Positions 1 through 10,125 of a DNA stretch of 64,000 bases are shown one piece after another. The DNA comes from an uncultured delta proteobacterium (lineage in GTDB: Bacteria; Desulfobacterota; Binatia; Binatales; Binataceae). How positions within the stretch are numbered: position 1 is the stretch's first letter; each line of letters opens with the position of its first letter. Below the pieces are notes generated by a model. The model was not told the origin of the DNA and searched no databases. It worked only from the letters and a program-made list of their open reading frames with translations. Both the position numbers and the translations under genes were made by a program. The stretch spans positions 1,792,001 to 1,856,000 of the forward strand of contig CAWCDG010000004.1 of assembly GCA_963794325.1 (NCBI GenBank). Direction: 5' to 3'.

Positions 1-608
1 CCTGGACGACGCCTAATGGCCGCAAGGTCTCGGTTATGCTCGAGGAGTGCGGCCTTGAGTACTCGGTTCATCCGATCAACATTCGCGAACAGCAGCAGTT
101 CAAGCCGGAGTTCGTGGAGATTTGTCCGAACAGCAAGATTCCCGCGATTGTCGATCATGACGCGGACGTCTCGCTCTTCGAGTCGGGCGCGATACTGGTG
201 CATCTGGCGGAGAAGACCGGCAAGTTTCTGCCGGCGAAAGATCCCGGGCGCGCGAAGGTGCTCGAATGGCTTTTCTGGCAGATGGCGAATGTCGGTCCGA
301 TGTTCGGGCAGGTCAACCATTTCGTCAACGGCGCGCCGGAAAAGATTCCCTACGCGATAGATCGCTATGCCAATGAATCCGCGCGGCTGATCAAAGTGCT
401 CGACAACCAGCTCGCGAACACCGAATACATGGCGGGTGCATATTCGATCGCCGACATAGCGACCTACCCGTGGCTGGTCGTCGGCTTTCCCGCGATCAAA
501 GCCGTGAAGCCCGACGTGGTTGGCGAAGCCGCGAACGTCGCGCGATGGCTCGCCGCAGTCGGCGAGCGTCCGGCGGTGAAGAAGGGCATGGCAGTGCCGA
601 AGGTCTGA
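1..608 (+). CDS. Glutathione S-transferase (YfcG/Ure2-like), 5' end outside the window
   Basis: Frame is open from base 3 (WTTPNGRKVSVMLEE). TPNG, KIPAIVD and ESGAIL motifs; C-terminal YSIADIATYPW. Confidence 0.9.
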   Translation, partial: WTTPNGRKVSVMLEECGLEYSVHPINIREQQQFKPEFVEICPNSKIPAIVDHDADVSLFESGAILVHLAEKTGKFLPAKDPGRAKVLEWLFWQMANVGPMFGQVNHFVNGAPEKIPYAIDRYANESARLIKVLDNQLANTEYMAGAYSIADIATYPWLVVGFPAIKAVKPDVVGEAANVARWLAAVGERPAVKKGMAVPKV

Positions 609-707
609 CGCGCCGCGAAGCGATCGATTGATCGAACCCATCGGGCGCCGCGAGCGTTCTGACGGATTCATTTGACAGCGCGCGCCTCGATGCGCTGAAT
701 TCGACCG

Positions 708-1211
708 ATGGCAGAGCCTACATCAATCCCAAAACCCGATCTCCACGGATCGATCAATCACGTCTCGATCACGGTCAGCGATTTGCCCGAGGCGATGAAA
801 TTTTTCGGGCCGCTGCTCAAATTCCTTGGCTACACCGTCGGCGCAGTGCAACGGTCGCGGGCCGGCGGCGACCTCACGTTCAACATCAACCAGTCCAACG
901 GAATCGCTTTCAACATCTGGCAGGCGAAACCCGAGCTGGCGAGCCATCGCTTTGAAGTTTACGAACCGGGCCTGCATCACGTGGCGTTCAACGTCCAGCG
1001 GCACGAGCAGGTTGATGTACTGTTCGAGTTGGTTCGTAAGCTCGGCGCGGAAATTCTAGACGGTCCCGGTGAGTTTCCGTTCGGGCCGGGCGGCTATTAC
1101 GCCTTTTATTTTCTCGGGCCCGATCGCCTGAAATTCGAAATCGTCCATATGCCGCTGGCGGAGCGGAACTACCGCCAGATGATCGACGCGCTCGAACGCG
1201 GGACGCGCTAA
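708..1211 (+). CDS. VOC/glyoxalase family protein
   Basis: INHVSITVSD, GLHHVAF and YFLGPDRLKFE metal-ligand motifs. Confidence 0.85.
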   Translation: MAEPTSIPKPDLHGSINHVSITVSDLPEAMKFFGPLLKFLGYTVGAVQRSRAGGDLTFNINQSNGIAFNIWQAKPELASHRFEVYEPGLHHVAFNVQRHEQVDVLFELVRKLGAEILDGPGEFPFGPGGYYAFYFLGPDRLKFEIVHMPLAERNYRQMIDALERGTR

Positions 1212-1213
1212 CG

Positions 1214-2416
1214 ATGCGGTATCGGGCGCTCAGCGACGTTCGCGTCGTCGATCTGACGCATTTCATCGCGGGTCCCTACGCCACGAAGCTGCTGGCGGAC
1301 ATGGGCGCCGATGTCGTCAAGGTCGAGCCGGTGTGGGGCGAGAGCGGACGCAAGCTGGGACCGCATCGCGCGAACGTCGAGGAGCGCGGCGGCTTGTTCG
1401 CGTTTCTAAATCTCAACAAACGCGGCGTCACCTTGAACCTGAAGCATCAGCGCGGCCGCGAACTCTTCGCGAGACTGCTCGACGGCGCCGATCTTCTAAT
1501 GGAAAACTTCGCGCCCGGCACGCTCGACGCGCTGGGTCTCGCGCCTGACGAGTTGATCGCGAAGTTCCCGCGCTTGTCGGTCGTTTCGATTTCGAATTTC
1601 GGGCAGGACGGACTGGAGCGCGACGGCAGGCTGAATGACCTGGTGCTGTTCGCGCGTGGCGGATGGACGTTTCCAGTAGGCGAGGCGAATCGGGAACCGC
1701 TGACACCGCCTGGCTCGCTCGCGCAGTATGTCACGGCGCTGTACGGGGCGATTGCCGCGATGCAGGCGCTGGCGGCGCGTGATCTCGGACTCGGTCACGG
1801 GCAGCATATCGACGTTTCGATTCTCGAGGCGACGGTCGCGACGATGATCTATGAGACCGTCACGTTTCAGTACACCGGCATCGTGCGCAGCCGCGCGGGC
1901 AAGCGCTTCGCGGTCGGGCCGTTTTTGATCGTGACGCTGAAATGCAAAGACGGATACGCGGGGCTGCATTGCGTGACCGACAAGCAATTCGAGAGTCTGT
2001 GCGATCTGATGGGGCGTCGCGAGCTCGCTTCCGATCCGCGGTTCAACACCGCGCTCAACCGGATGCTCAACAATGACCCGCTGCTGGAAATCGTCGAACA
2101 GTTTTTCCTCGGACGCGAACGGCGGTGGCTGTACCGTGAGGGGCAGCGGCGCGCGATTCCGCTGGTGCCGATACCGAGCGTAGCCGAGTTGCTCGAGTGG
2201 GAACAGACGCGGGCGCGAAATTATTTCGAAACGATCGACGATCCAGTGCTGGGAAAGATTCGCGTGCCGGGGACGCCGCTGCGATTGACGTCGCATCGCC
2301 CCGAAGTGTCACGACCCGCGCCGCGACTGGGCGAGCACAATCGCGAGATCTTCGGCGGGCGTTTGGGACTGAGCGACAGTGAGATCGCGACTCTGAAAGG
2401 AGCGCGCACGATATGA
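1214..2416 (+). CDS. Family III (CaiB/BaiF) CoA-transferase subunit
   Basis: RVVDLTHFIAGP, GADVVKVE, NLNKRG and APRLGEHN. Gln at the expected catalytic Asp position. Confidence 0.9.
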   Translation: MRYRALSDVRVVDLTHFIAGPYATKLLADMGADVVKVEPVWGESGRKLGPHRANVEERGGLFAFLNLNKRGVTLNLKHQRGRELFARLLDGADLLMENFAPGTLDALGLAPDELIAKFPRLSVVSISNFGQDGLERDGRLNDLVLFARGGWTFPVGEANREPLTPPGSLAQYVTALYGAIAAMQALAARDLGLGHGQHIDVSILEATVATMIYETVTFQYTGIVRSRAGKRFAVGPFLIVTLKCKDGYAGLHCVTDKQFESLCDLMGRRELASDPRFNTALNRMLNNDPLLEIVEQFFLGRERRWLYREGQRRAIPLVPIPSVAELLEWEQTRARNYFETIDDPVLGKIRVPGTPLRLTSHRPEVSRPAPRLGEHNREIFGGRLGLSDSEIATLKGARTI

Positions 2417-3663
2417 ACTCGATCTTCGACGGCAAGCTTCGCGTGCTCGATCTCTCGATGGGCTGGGCGGGGCCGCTGGTCGGTCAGATGTTCGCCGAGA
2501 TGGGCGCCGAGGTGATCAAGGTCGAGGACACGCATCATTTCGACTGGTGGCGCGGTTCGCTCTCGATGGCGCCGGCCGAGATGCAGCCAATCGAGCGCGC
2601 GGGAGTCTTCAACACCGCGAATCGAGGCAAGCGGGGTATCACGCTCGATCTTTCAGGTACGCGAGGAATCGAAATTCTGAAACGTCTGATCGGCAGCGCA
2701 GACATCCTGGTCGAGAATTTCAGTCCGGGGGTGATGGATCGGCTGGGGCTCGGCTACGATGCTCTATCCGCAATCAATCAGCGGCTCATCATGATCTCGA
2801 TGCCGTCGTTCGGGAGCGACGGCCCCGAATGCAACGCGCGCGGCTACGGCAACACGGTCGAGGCGATGGCGGGAGTGACGGGGCTGACGGGATATCACGA
2901 CGGCGACGGGCAGCGTTACACGCTGAGTAACGCGCTTGGCGATCCGGTCGGCGGATTGCACGGCGTATTCGCGTTGATGGTTGCGCTGCGCGAACGCGAA
3001 CGCACCGGACGAGGGCAGTTGATTGAGCTGGCGCAGGTCGAGTCGCTGATTCCGTTCGCGGCCGAGGCGATTCTCGATTTTCAATTCAGTGGGAAGGTGC
3101 CGGAGGCGCGCGGCAACCGGCATCGCGAGCACGCGCCGCACGGAATCTATCGATGCGCGGGTGACGACAACTGGATCGCGCTTGCGTGCGAGACCGACGA
3201 GCAGTGGCATCGTCTCGCGAGCAGTTTGGGGATCGATGATAAACGCTTCGCGACTGCGTCCGAGCGGAAGGCGAACGAGGATGCGCTCGACGCGGAACTC
3301 TCGCGCGCGATTGCACAACTGGACGCCGACCAATGCGTCGAGCGCCTTCGCGATGCGGGCGTGCTGGTCGCGCCGGTGAACTCGGCGCCGGCGGTAATGG
3401 CCGATCCGCAAATCCAGAGCCGCGAGTACTTCGTCGCGATCGAGCGCGCCATCGTCGGGACGCATCTCTATCCCGGCGCAGTCGCGCGCATCCCGGAGAC
3501 TCCGCTGCGTGCCGACGCGCCCGCGCCGTTGTTGGGCGAGCACAACCGCCAGGTCTTCGGCGAGCTGCTCAAGATGAGTGACGACGAGATTGCCGAACTC
3601 GAGCGCAGCGGCGTGATCGGGTCGAGCCCGCGTCAGTACCGAATTGGAGACCGCACGACGTAA
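2413..3663 (+). CDS. Family III (CaiB/BaiF) CoA-transferase subunit
   Basis: RVLDLSMGWAGP, NRGKRG, ALGD (catalytic Asp) and APLLGEHN. ATGA overlap with the upstream paralog. Confidence 0.9.
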   Translation: MNSIFDGKLRVLDLSMGWAGPLVGQMFAEMGAEVIKVEDTHHFDWWRGSLSMAPAEMQPIERAGVFNTANRGKRGITLDLSGTRGIEILKRLIGSADILVENFSPGVMDRLGLGYDALSAINQRLIMISMPSFGSDGPECNARGYGNTVEAMAGVTGLTGYHDGDGQRYTLSNALGDPVGGLHGVFALMVALRERERTGRGQLIELAQVESLIPFAAEAILDFQFSGKVPEARGNRHREHAPHGIYRCAGDDNWIALACETDEQWHRLASSLGIDDKRFATASERKANEDALDAELSRAIAQLDADQCVERLRDAGVLVAPVNSAPAVMADPQIQSREYFVAIERAIVGTHLYPGAVARIPETPLRADAPAPLLGEHNRQVFGELLKMSDDEIAELERSGVIGSSPRQYRIGDRTT

Positions 3664-3706
3664 TCCGCGCGCGACAGCGGAGCGCGGCCTTAATACTGAA
3701 AAAAGG

Positions 3707-4042
3707 TTAGTCCAGGTTGTCCTTGGGGACGAAGCCGTGCATGCCTTTGAAGGCGCCGTCGAGGATCTCGACCTGCGCTCCGCGGTCGTCGCTATTGATG
3801 ACTCGCACGGGAGTGTTGTTGTCGACCTGCTTGGCGGCGAGGCCTTCGCCGAGGCCTCCGATCATTCCGCCGACGACGCCGCCTTGTTTTTTCAAATCGG
3901 TCAGTTTGACGAAGGTGTTTTCGTCGGGATAGACGGCGACGGTGCTCTCGCCGTTGTGCGCGACCAGCTTATGACCGCATCCGGCGAGGGCTATCATACA
4001 TCCAATCACAGCTGCGCAGATGACGACCGTCGAAATTCGCAT
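3707..4042 (-). CDS. Hypothetical lipoprotein
   Basis: Signal peptide with lipobox LAGC; Gly-rich segment; GAGG RBS upstream. Confidence 0.7.
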   Translation of the reverse strand: MRISTVVICAAVIGCMIALAGCGHKLVAHNGESTVAVYPDENTFVKLTDLKKQGGVVGGMIGGLGEGLAAKQVDNNTPVRVINSDDRGAQVEILDGAFKGMHGFVPKDNLD

Positions 4043-4186
4043 CGCGAGGTTCCTCTATCGCGGGTTCTAGCATGAGTTTCGGGAAAACAGCCACACGAGC
4101 CTTTGTGCGGGCGAAAACTCTAAAATTGCGAGGCATTCGGGGCCGTGATAGGGTTGACGATTCGCGCCTGGTGGAACGAAATCGTG

Positions 4187-4726
4187 ATGCGAATCGGTCT
4201 TATCTCAGACACTCATATTCCCGAAGCCTGCGAGCATCTTCCGACGAGGGTGTTCGAGGTGTTTGCGGGGATCGATCTCGTAATGCATGCGGGCGACGTG
4301 TACGTGAATCGTGTGCTGGATGAGCTGTCGGCGATCGCACCGGTGATCGCGGCGCTCGGGAATGGCGATGAGGGACTCGATGGGCATCGGCATCGGCTCG
4401 ATCAAGATGATGAGCGGGTGCGCGAGGCGCACCTGGTCGAGATAGCGGGAGTGCGAATCGGGCTGGTGCATGCGATTCCGACGCCGGACGAGACGTCGGA
4501 GGAAGTGTTTGCACGCGCGATGAATACGCAATTCGGCGGGCCGGTGGACGTGGTCGTGCAAGGTCATAGTCACGTCGAGGGCGTGACGCGGTTCGGCGCG
4601 ACGATGGTAATCAATCCGGGCAGCGCGACGCTGCCACGCAATCTGGTCGGAGTGCCGGGAACGGTCGCGATATTGGAAATCGGCAACGGCGGCGAAGTCT
4701 CCGCCGAAATAATCAGCCTGGCTTGA
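4187..4726 (+). CDS. YfcE-like metallophosphoesterase
   Basis: ISDTH, HAGD, LGNGD, GHSH and INPGS motifs. Confidence 0.9.
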   Translation: MRIGLISDTHIPEACEHLPTRVFEVFAGIDLVMHAGDVYVNRVLDELSAIAPVIAALGNGDEGLDGHRHRLDQDDERVREAHLVEIAGVRIGLVHAIPTPDETSEEVFARAMNTQFGGPVDVVVQGHSHVEGVTRFGATMVINPGSATLPRNLVGVPGTVAILEIGNGGEVSAEIISLA

Positions 4727-4804
4727 TCGTGAATGCATCGAGCCAACCAGGAGAAATTTTTGTCCGCTGAGAATGCAGTGCCCGCGACCAAACGCGCGGT
4801 CACG

Positions 4805-6103
4805 ATGGAAAAACTGGTTAACCTGTGCAAGCGCCGTGGGATTGTTTTTCCGACGAGCGATATCTACGGGGGACTCGGATCCACTTTCGACTACGGGCCG
4901 CTGGGCGTCGAGCTGAAGCGCAACGTCAAGGAAGCGTGGTGGCGCGAGATGGTCCAGTACCGCAGCGACATGCTGGGGCTGGACTCGGCGATATTTCAGC
5001 ATCCGCGGACGTGGGAAGCGTCGGGGCATTTGCAAAATTTCACCGACCCGATGGTTGATTGCAAGGCGTGCAAGAATCGTTTTCGCGCCGATAAAATTCA
5101 GCGCGACAAATGCCCCGAGTGCGGCGGCCAACTGACGGAGGCGCGCAATTTCAATCTGATGTTCAAGACGTTCATGGGGCCGGTGGAAGAGACCGCTTCG
5201 GTGGTTTATCTGCGGCCGGAAACGGCGCAGGGAATTTTCTCGAACTTCGAGAACATCGTGGATACGCAGCGGGTCAAGCTGCCGTTCGGGGTCGCGCAGC
5301 AGGGCAAATCATTCCGCAACGAAATCACAACCGAGAATTTTATTTTCCGCACCCGCGAGTTCGAGCAGATGGAGATGGAATATTTCGTCCGTCCCGATCG
5401 CGATGAAGAAGAGAAGTGGTATCGCTACTGGGTCGATTTCCGGTTCAACTGGCACGTCAAGTTCGGGATCAAGGCCGACCATCTGCGAAAGCGCGAGCAC
5501 GCGTCCGACGAGTTGTCGCATTATTCGAGCGGCACCACCGACATCGAGTTCCTGTATCCGTTCGGATGGGGCGAGCTCGAAGGCGTGGCGAAGCGCGGCA
5601 GTTTCGACCTCGATCAACACGCCAAGTTCAGCGGCAAGGACCTGACGTATTTCGACGAAGACAGCAAGACGCGCTTTCGGCCGTGGGTGATCGAGCCGGC
5701 GCTCGGCGTCGATCGCGCGATGCTGGCGTTCATGCTCGACGCTTACGACGAGGACGTGGTCGATAACGAAGAGCGAATCGTGCTGCGTCTCGATCCGCGG
5801 CTCGCGCCGATCAAAGTGGCGGTTTATCCGCTACTGCGCAAACTGGGACAACCCGAGAAAGCGATCGCGATACGCGACGCTCTGAAGAAGCATTTCACGG
5901 TCGCCTACGATCAAGCGGGCTCAATCGGCCGGCGCTATCGGCGTCAGGACGAAGTCGGGACGCCGTACGGCGTGACGATCGATCATCAGACGATGGAAGA
6001 CGACACGGTCACCATCCGCGATCGCGATGCGATGACGCAGGAGCGGGTGCCGGCGGCGAGGCTGATCGAAGTCATCGCAGATCGAATCGGCTGGACGCGA
6101 TAA
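4805..6103 (+). CDS. glyQS: Glycine--tRNA ligase (alpha2 type)
   Basis: IYGG..DYGPLG, LRPETAQG, FRNEIT, REFEQME and SIGRRYRRQDEVGTP. Start may be slightly upstream. Confidence 0.95.
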   Translation: MEKLVNLCKRRGIVFPTSDIYGGLGSTFDYGPLGVELKRNVKEAWWREMVQYRSDMLGLDSAIFQHPRTWEASGHLQNFTDPMVDCKACKNRFRADKIQRDKCPECGGQLTEARNFNLMFKTFMGPVEETASVVYLRPETAQGIFSNFENIVDTQRVKLPFGVAQQGKSFRNEITTENFIFRTREFEQMEMEYFVRPDRDEEEKWYRYWVDFRFNWHVKFGIKADHLRKREHASDELSHYSSGTTDIEFLYPFGWGELEGVAKRGSFDLDQHAKFSGKDLTYFDEDSKTRFRPWVIEPALGVDRAMLAFMLDAYDEDVVDNEERIVLRLDPRLAPIKVAVYPLLRKLGQPEKAIAIRDALKKHFTVAYDQAGSIGRRYRRQDEVGTPYGVTIDHQTMEDDTVTIRDRDAMTQERVPAARLIEVIADRIGWTR

Positions 6104-6159
6104 AATCTAAAATTGTCGCCGCGCAGTCTTCGATGCGGCGAGGGGAGCAACGATTTCAC

Positions 6160-8907
6160 ATGGGTCGCATTCATCCTGAGATCTACTTTTTCGGTGCGGG
6201 CGTGGCGGAAGGACGCACCGAGATGCGCAATCTGCTGGGCGGCAAGGGCGCGAATCTCGCCGAGATGGCGAGGCTCAAGCTGCCGGTGCCGCCGGGATTC
6301 ACAATCTCGACCAAGGTCTGCAACTACTTTTACGATCACGCGCACAAATATCCGAAGGGGCTGACCGAGGGCGTGGCGAAGAGCGTCGCGCGGGTCGAGA
6401 AGGCGCTCGGGCGCAAGTTCGGCGACGCGACGAATCCGCTGCTGGTGTCGGTGCGATCGGGCGCGCGGGTTTCGATGCCGGGAATGATGGACACGGTGCT
6501 GAATCTCGGGCTCACCGACGAGACGGTAAAGGGGCTCGAGAACATCAGCGGCAATCCGCGCTTTGCGTGGGACTCCTACCGCCGGTTCTGCCAGATGTTC
6601 GGCGACGTGGTGCTCAAGCTCAAGCCGGAGAACAAAAACGATCCGGATCCATTCGAGGAAATTATTGATCACAAAAAGGCGACGCGCGGGGTCAAGAACG
6701 ACACTGACCTGAACGTCGATGATTTGCGAGCCCTGGTCGGTGAGTTCCGCGCGCTGATTCGATCGCGCGTCGGGCGCGACATCCCGCAGGACCCGCGCGA
6801 GCAACTGTGGATGGCGATTGGCGCGGTGTTCGACTCGTGGCATAACGATCGCGCGATCACGTACCGGAAGATAAACAACATCCCCGGCGACTGGGGCACC
6901 GCGGTTACGGTGCAATCGATGGTGTTCGGCAATCTCGGCGACGATTGCGCGACCGGCGTCGCGTTCACGCGCGATCCCGGCACCGGTGAAAAGGGCATCT
7001 ACGGCGAGTATCTGCCCAACGCGCAGGGCGAGGACGTCGTCGCGGGAATTCGCACCGGGCGGCAGATCAGCCTGAAAGCGGGGCGCGAATGGGCCAAGCG
7101 CGCGGGAATCGATGAGGCTGAACGCGCGGCGCAATATCCGACGCTCGAGGAAAGCTTCTCCGACGTTTACAAACAGCTCCTGCAAATCTCTGCGCGGCTG
7201 GAAAAACATTTTCGCGACACGCAGGACATGGAATTTACGATCGAGCGCAATCGCCTGTTCATGCTGCAGACGCGCAACGGCAAGCGAACGGCGCAGGCGG
7301 CGGTGCGAATCGCCGTGGACATGGCCGACGAGAAGCTGATCGATCGCAAGACCGCGTTGAAGCGCGTCGAGCCCGAGCAACTCGAGCAGTTCTTGCATCC
7401 GCGGCTCGATCCGTCGAGCAAAAAACACGTCATCGCGCGCGGGCTGCCGGCGTCGCCCGGTGCGGTCAACGGCGAAGTGGTGTTCTCGGCGGACGAAGCG
7501 GTAGCCGTCGCGGAAGCCGGGCGCAAAGTAATTTTGGTGCGTGTCGAAACCTCGCCCGAGGACATCCACGGGATGCAGGTGGCTGAAGGGATCCTCACGG
7601 CGCGCGGCGGGATGACGAGTCATGCGGCGGTGGTCGCGCGCGGGATGGGCAAGTCGTGCGTGGCCGGAGTGTCGGCGCTGGAAATCGATTATAGCGCGGG
7701 AACGCTCTCAGCCAACGGCGCGGTGATTCGTCGCGGCGAGTACCTGACGCTCGACGGATCGGCGGGCGAGGTGATCGAGGGGCGCGTGCCGACGGTCGAG
7801 CCTGAGATGCCGTCGTACTTCAAAAAATTTCTATCGTGGGCGGATGCGGTGCGGAAACTGGGAGTGCGCGCGAACGCCGACACTCCGGCCGACGCGAAGA
7901 TCGCGCGCGATTTTGGCGCCGAAGGAATCGGGCTGACCCGTACCGAGCACATGTTCTTCGACCCTGAGCGAATCTCGGCAGTACGCGAAATGATCATGGC
8001 GGAGAATGCGCAGCAGCGCGGGCGCGCATTGGCGAAGATCCTGCCGATGCAGCGCGAGGATTTCGTCGGAATCCTGAAAGCGATGGCCGGACTGCCGGTC
8101 ACGATTCGATTGCTCGATCCGCCGCTGCATGAATTTCTACCGCATGAGGACAACGAGATGCGCGAGCTGGCGGCCAAAATCGGCACCACGCTCGAGCATC
8201 TGAAGCAGGTGCGCGCGAGTTTGTTCGAAGTGAATCCCATGTTGGGGCATCGCGGGTCGCGGCTGGGAATCAGCTTCCCCGAGATTTACCAGGCGCAGGC
8301 GCGCGCGATTATCGAGGCGGCGTGCGAGCTGCGCAAGCAGGGAGTCAAGGCGATGCCGGAAATCATGCTGCCGTTGATCGGCGAACGCCGCGAGTTCGAT
8401 ATCCTGGCGGCGCAGATTCGCGAAGTGGCGGACGCGGTGTTCAAAGAACGCGGCATCAAGGTGGCGTACACGATTGGCACGATGATCGAAGTGCCGCGCG
8501 CATGCATTGTCGCGGATCAGATCGGCGAGGTTGCGGAATTCTTTTCATTCGGCACCAACGATCTGACGCAGATGACCTACGGAATCTCGCGCGACGACTC
8601 GGGTAAGTTTTTGCCGGATTACATTCGCACCGGGGTCTATAAGAAAGATCCGTTTGCGGAGCTCGACCCAGTGGGCGTCGGCGAGTTGATGCGAATCGCG
8701 ATCGAGAAGGGACGCAAGGCGAATCGGAAATTGAAGATCGGGATTTGCGGAGAGCATGGCGGCGATCCGGCGAGCGTCAAGCTGTGCCATCGCCTGGGGT
8801 TGGACTACGTATCGTGCTCGCCGTATCGGATTCCGGTGGCGCGGCTCGCGGCGGCGCAGGCGGCGATCGAGGCATCGCAGAAGAAGGTCGCGTTCAAGGA
8901 CGTGTAG
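6160..8907 (+). CDS. ppdK: Pyruvate, phosphate dikinase
   Basis: LGGKGANLAEM, SVRSGA, GGMTSHAAVVARG (phospho-His), GTNDLTQ and ICGEHGG. Confidence 0.97.
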   Translation: MGRIHPEIYFFGAGVAEGRTEMRNLLGGKGANLAEMARLKLPVPPGFTISTKVCNYFYDHAHKYPKGLTEGVAKSVARVEKALGRKFGDATNPLLVSVRSGARVSMPGMMDTVLNLGLTDETVKGLENISGNPRFAWDSYRRFCQMFGDVVLKLKPENKNDPDPFEEIIDHKKATRGVKNDTDLNVDDLRALVGEFRALIRSRVGRDIPQDPREQLWMAIGAVFDSWHNDRAITYRKINNIPGDWGTAVTVQSMVFGNLGDDCATGVAFTRDPGTGEKGIYGEYLPNAQGEDVVAGIRTGRQISLKAGREWAKRAGIDEAERAAQYPTLEESFSDVYKQLLQISARLEKHFRDTQDMEFTIERNRLFMLQTRNGKRTAQAAVRIAVDMADEKLIDRKTALKRVEPEQLEQFLHPRLDPSSKKHVIARGLPASPGAVNGEVVFSADEAVAVAEAGRKVILVRVETSPEDIHGMQVAEGILTARGGMTSHAAVVARGMGKSCVAGVSALEIDYSAGTLSANGAVIRRGEYLTLDGSAGEVIEGRVPTVEPEMPSYFKKFLSWADAVRKLGVRANADTPADAKIARDFGAEGIGLTRTEHMFFDPERISAVREMIMAENAQQRGRALAKILPMQREDFVGILKAMAGLPVTIRLLDPPLHEFLPHEDNEMRELAAKIGTTLEHLKQVRASLFEVNPMLGHRGSRLGISFPEIYQAQARAIIEAACELRKQGVKAMPEIMLPLIGERREFDILAAQIREVADAVFKERGIKVAYTIGTMIEVPRACIVADQIGEVAEFFSFGTNDLTQMTYGISRDDSGKFLPDYIRTGVYKKDPFAELDPVGVGELMRIAIEKGRKANRKLKIGICGEHGGDPASVKLCHRLGLDYVSCSPYRIPVARLAAAQAAIEASQKKVAFKDV

Positions 8908-8957
8908 GGCGCAGGCGGCGGCCCAGCCTTCAACGGAAACGCGCGCGGACGCGCGCG

Positions 8958-9073
8958 TATCCTTCGCTGCGCTCAGGAGGATCAGAAGAAGGAGTGTTCT
9001 GGCATCTCGAACCTCCGATGACACGAGCGGAAGAGACCCCCAGTAACCCCTCCCATTGGTAGGAGAGGGGAAC
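8958..9073. repeat. REP-like remnants: TGTC-type half (tccttcgctgcgctcagga) plus CCCT-type hairpin (9037-9073)
   Basis: Similar to 60453-60490 and 46162-46200; lies between convergent genes. Confidence 0.5.
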
Positions 9074-9097
9074 GAAGGTCAGGAAAGCGGAGATCTT

Positions 9098-10006
9098 TTA
9101 CGCGAAGTAATCTTCGGCGCGGATGGCGGGGATGTCCAGCTGGTAGACGCGGTTGTTGCGCAGGACTTTGAGATTGACGTTTTCGCCGGGGCGATGGTTG
9201 CCGAGAGCTTCGTAGAGGACGCGACGGTCGTTGATGTCGGTGTCGTCGATCGAGATGACCAGGTCGCCCTGCTGAAGGCCGGCTTTTTCGCCGGGACCTC
9301 CGGGCATCACGCCCGCAATTACGACGTGCTCGCGCAGCGTGTACGAGAGGACGCCGAGCCATGCGCGCGGTGCGGCGGTGGTGCGACCGCCGTGTTTGAT
9401 CAGTTCGTCGCGGACATTTAGGAAGCTCTCGCCCGGCACGCCGAGAATCGCGCGGCTCAGATCCGCGAAGTTCAGATACGAGATGCCCACCACTTGCGAC
9501 TGGAGATTGCAGATCGGGCCGCCGCTCATCCCGATGTTCAGCGACGAGGCGGTGACGCTGACGCATTTGTCGAGCATGAATTCCCAGACCGCGTCGAACG
9601 GGCCGAGGTAAGTGATGATGCCGCAATCGGCGCATCGCTTTTCGCCGCCGAGACTCGAGACGGTGAACGCCTCCTGCCCGACGACGCATTTCTCCGACGA
9701 CACGACCTCGACATGCGAGAGCTTCTTGCGATCGATTTTCAGCAAGCCGATGCCGGTGCTGTAATCCTTGCCGACGATTTTCGCTTCGAGCTGATCGCCG
9801 CCGGGCATCGTCACGATCACGTTTTTCGCGCCGAGCAGCAGGTAATGAACAGTGAGGATCAGGCCGTCGGGGCTCACGATGGTGCCGGTGCCACGGCGGT
9901 CGGTGCCGAGGCCGATGGCGGTCGAAACGTGGGTGGACGGGATATGCGAATGCACGCCGACGGTGGCGCGCAGAACTTTTTCGAGCAGGAATGGAGGTGC
10001 GTTCAC
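9098..10006 (-). CDS. S1C trypsin-like serine protease with PDZ domain
   Basis: GTGTIVSPDGLILT, GMSGGP and a C-terminal PDZ (AWLGV..GPGEKAGLQQGD). GTG start assumed. Confidence 0.8.
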   Translation of the reverse strand: MNAPPFLLEKVLRATVGVHSHIPSTHVSTAIGLGTDRRGTGTIVSPDGLILTVHYLLLGAKNVIVTMPGGDQLEAKIVGKDYSTGIGLLKIDRKKLSHVEVVSSEKCVVGQEAFTVSSLGGEKRCADCGIITYLGPFDAVWEFMLDKCVSVTASSLNIGMSGGPICNLQSQVVGISYLNFADLSRAILGVPGESFLNVRDELIKHGGRTTAAPRAWLGVLSYTLREHVVIAGVMPGGPGEKAGLQQGDLVISIDDTDINDRRVLYEALGNHRPGENVNLKVLRNNRVYQLDIPAIRAEDYFA

Positions 10007-10070
10007 GGCCGATATCCTGCGAATTAGGCTAGGACCGCGCACTCGCGGTTTCAAGCGCGATTGTCAGAAG

Positions 10071-10102
10071 AAAAAAAGAGGCGGCCCTTGCGAGGCCGCC
10101 TC
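10071..10102 (-). terminator. Rho-independent terminator
   Basis: On the minus strand: GAGGCGGCC-N7-GGCCGCCTC followed by T7, downstream of 10126-10539. Confidence 0.8.
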
Positions 10103-10125
10103 AGATGATTAACGTCGAAAGATTT

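Noticed and set aside
5986-7623. Long antisense ORFs (also 14715-15794, 18783-20021, 20717-22129, 38227-39486, 58816-59895)
   Set aside because: Shadow frames of well-supported genes in GC-rich DNA; no recognisable motifs.
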